Assembly: GCF_036321535.1 (NCBI RefSeq)
Contig: NC_087437.1
Location: forward strand, 24,926,001 to 24,990,000
Length of the DNA stretch: 64,000 nt
Reading direction: 5' to 3'
DNA from: Camelus dromedarius
Taxonomy: Eukaryota
Part shown: positions 61,861 through 64,000 of the stretch, piece after piece
Layout of the letters: each line of letters begins with the position of its first letter
How positions within the stretch are numbered: position 1 is the stretch's first letter
Notes under the pieces: generated by a model
Told to the model about the DNA's origin: nothing
Seen by the model: only the letters and a program-made list of their open reading frames with translations
The model's database searches: none
Translations under genes and position numbers: made by a program

Positions 61861-64000
61861 AGCTACTATCCAGTTTTATTTCTTAAGCAGAACTCTTTCA
61901 CTGGTTGAGAAATCTTAAACTGAACAGAGGGTTATGGGGAAAAATATATTTTAACTGGGGCTTTTGAGAATTGACGTTCTGACGCAAACACCTCTTTTTG
62001 CTTGTAATGAAGTTTAAAATGGGCGTTCTACAGTGAATGCGCCCTTCCCTCACAGCGATTTCCATCAATGTATAATTAAAAGTGGATTTCCTTTTCCTTT
62101 TGGGTTGGTGGGAGGGAGGGGCTGGTAAACCTGGTTTAAAGAAGGGGGAACAAAGAGAACTTTCATGAGTTCCCCTGCAAACAGTCGATCAGTTACAATT
62201 CCTAGTGTTCGAATGGCTGCACCATTCTAAAGAAGTTCTGGAATTAAAAAAAAAAAGTCAAGCAGGGGGTCCAAGGAGAATTCAGCCCGCATGCCAACTA
62301 AGGGAAAGAAAGAAAAAGGCAGGGGGGAAAGCCCTATCTTTTGTTGTAAAAAGAACTAATGAAGCCACTGTTAGAACTGTCCACAGTGACACAACAAGGC
62401 TGTACACCCACACACATTGTTCGAGTGCCAGTCATCCCCCGTAATGGGAAAAGGAAATGCTGTGGCTTAAAGGAGGTGGCGGAACACAGTGCTTTTGGAG
62501 TTCTAACTTGGGAAATCTTGGTAAGGGCACACTTTGGCTGGTGTTAGCTCCCAGAAGTTAGGGCGAAAATGCATAAGGTGGTCTACTTCGGTCTTAAAGA
62601 AGAGATGGACTGGTGGGGGGTAAAATCCCATTGTCATTATAAAGTGCTAATTAAATAATTATCAATTAGTTGGCAGACAGAACTCATTCCAGTGTATTCC
62701 TTGGAGAGCCGTTAATAAAGAAAAACAGTAATTTTGGCTTTTTTCCCTGTACAATATTCTTGCCTAGAGGTGCTAAATAGAGATAATATGTAATATATTC
62801 TACGTTGGCTGCTTCACATAAGCTCTTATACATTATTGATCAAAGATAAATATCAATTACAGCAAGTAAACACGAATTTCCATTATACTAGTTCCATGGC
62901 ATTAATTTTACCATACTAACTAATCGACTGCGTCATTTTTCAATGAATAGGTGATATAGTATTTATTTTCCAGTAAAGGAAAAAAATCCCAATACAAAAT
63001 TTTCTAAGATATCATATAGAAAGTATTTGGGAAAGCAGAATGTCAACTGATGTTAATTTCAAAATCAGAGATTGTCTCTGCATTTTTAATGGCAAAATTT
63101 TATTTAAATTTTCCAGGCATATTCATTCATAAATATTACACAGATGATTTAAAATTGTCATTTTAAAATATAATTAGGGAAAAAAAGAAACACTCAGAAG
63201 TAAAGAAATATATATTATATATGATATATAGGTATTCATACATAAAACAAAAAGTAAGTAATATTTGCATAATATATGTTAAAATATTATATATATCCGT
63301 GTCTATCTATCTAGTTTATCTATATTCTTTGTTGTAAATTTACGACTTACAAGGATAAGCACTTGTAAGGTCCTCAGATTTTACAAGTGAAAAATCATTG
63401 TTTGCTTTTCAGGAGATAGGATTCTTTTTTTTTTTTGAGGCTCAGATCAGGGCCCTACACAGAAATAAAACCCAAGGAATATAATATCTGGGAAGATGGA
63501 AGTCAAATTCCAAAGGAATTCAATCACATTTAAACACAAATAAGCTTGTAGCAGTCCTGTTATACACATTATATATGTGGATCATGTCTCCCTTTGTAGA
63601 GAGATGTGAAGCTCTGAACCTCTCCAGCTGTCTTCTCTATAAACCATGAATTTGAGAAAGATTGCAAATGTACCAAAAAATTTAGAAAATTCATTAGCAT
63701 ATTATGGATAACAATTAATAAGCAAAAATAAATTCATTTTAGTAACTATTGAGAAAAACAGTTTTTTCTTTCTACTGTGATATTTTCCACTGCAAATCTG
63801 CATAAAGTTCCATTTTATTATGAAAATAATAACATTTTAAAGATTGACTTTAAAACCATTTCTGTGCAGGTGACAGCCATCTTGATTACACAGACCCAGC
63901 CCTCCTTATTATTTTAGTAATTACCTCACAACAGGTTTAAAAAAAAATGTGTCTTATCACAGCCTGATGCCTCTTCTAGACAATAGTTTGCTTGGGAGGA

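Noticed and set aside
63346..63369. Hairpin cttacaag-N8-cttgtaag as a terminator or ncRNA
   Set aside because: An 8-bp AT-rich stem is expected by chance, and intrinsic terminators are not relevant in this genome.
1..64000. The short six-frame ORFs (60-143 aa) as protein-coding genes
   Set aside because: Low-complexity F/L/I/Y-rich translations, many with non-ATG starts, mostly overlapping antisense L1, LTR or microsatellite DNA. None resembles a known protein except transposon remnants.

Overview
This is AT-rich, CpG-depleted mammalian genomic DNA, not a prokaryotic locus. Three tRNA-derived SINEs of the Vic-1 type suggest a camelid host (Camelus/Vicugna/Lama). The window looks intergenic or deep intronic. 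I can support no protein-coding gene, rRNA, genuine tRNA or CRISPR array; the listed ORFs are chance ORFs or transposon remnants. Much of the sequence is interspersed repeat: old L1M and younger L1 3' ends, L2, MIR, MaLR/ERVL/ERV1 LTRs, and hAT elements (MER58A, MER81). The best hidden signal is a frameshifted Charlie/Buster-type hAT transposase fossil at about 17.47-18.33 kb. Also present are insertions with readable target-site duplications (TSDs), nested insertions, a probable twin-primed L1 fragment, several short tandem duplications, and repeat-poor blocks that may be regulatory. I found no convincing novel biological system. Repeat family names come from recalled consensus motifs, not from a database search, and boundaries without a TSD are approximate.
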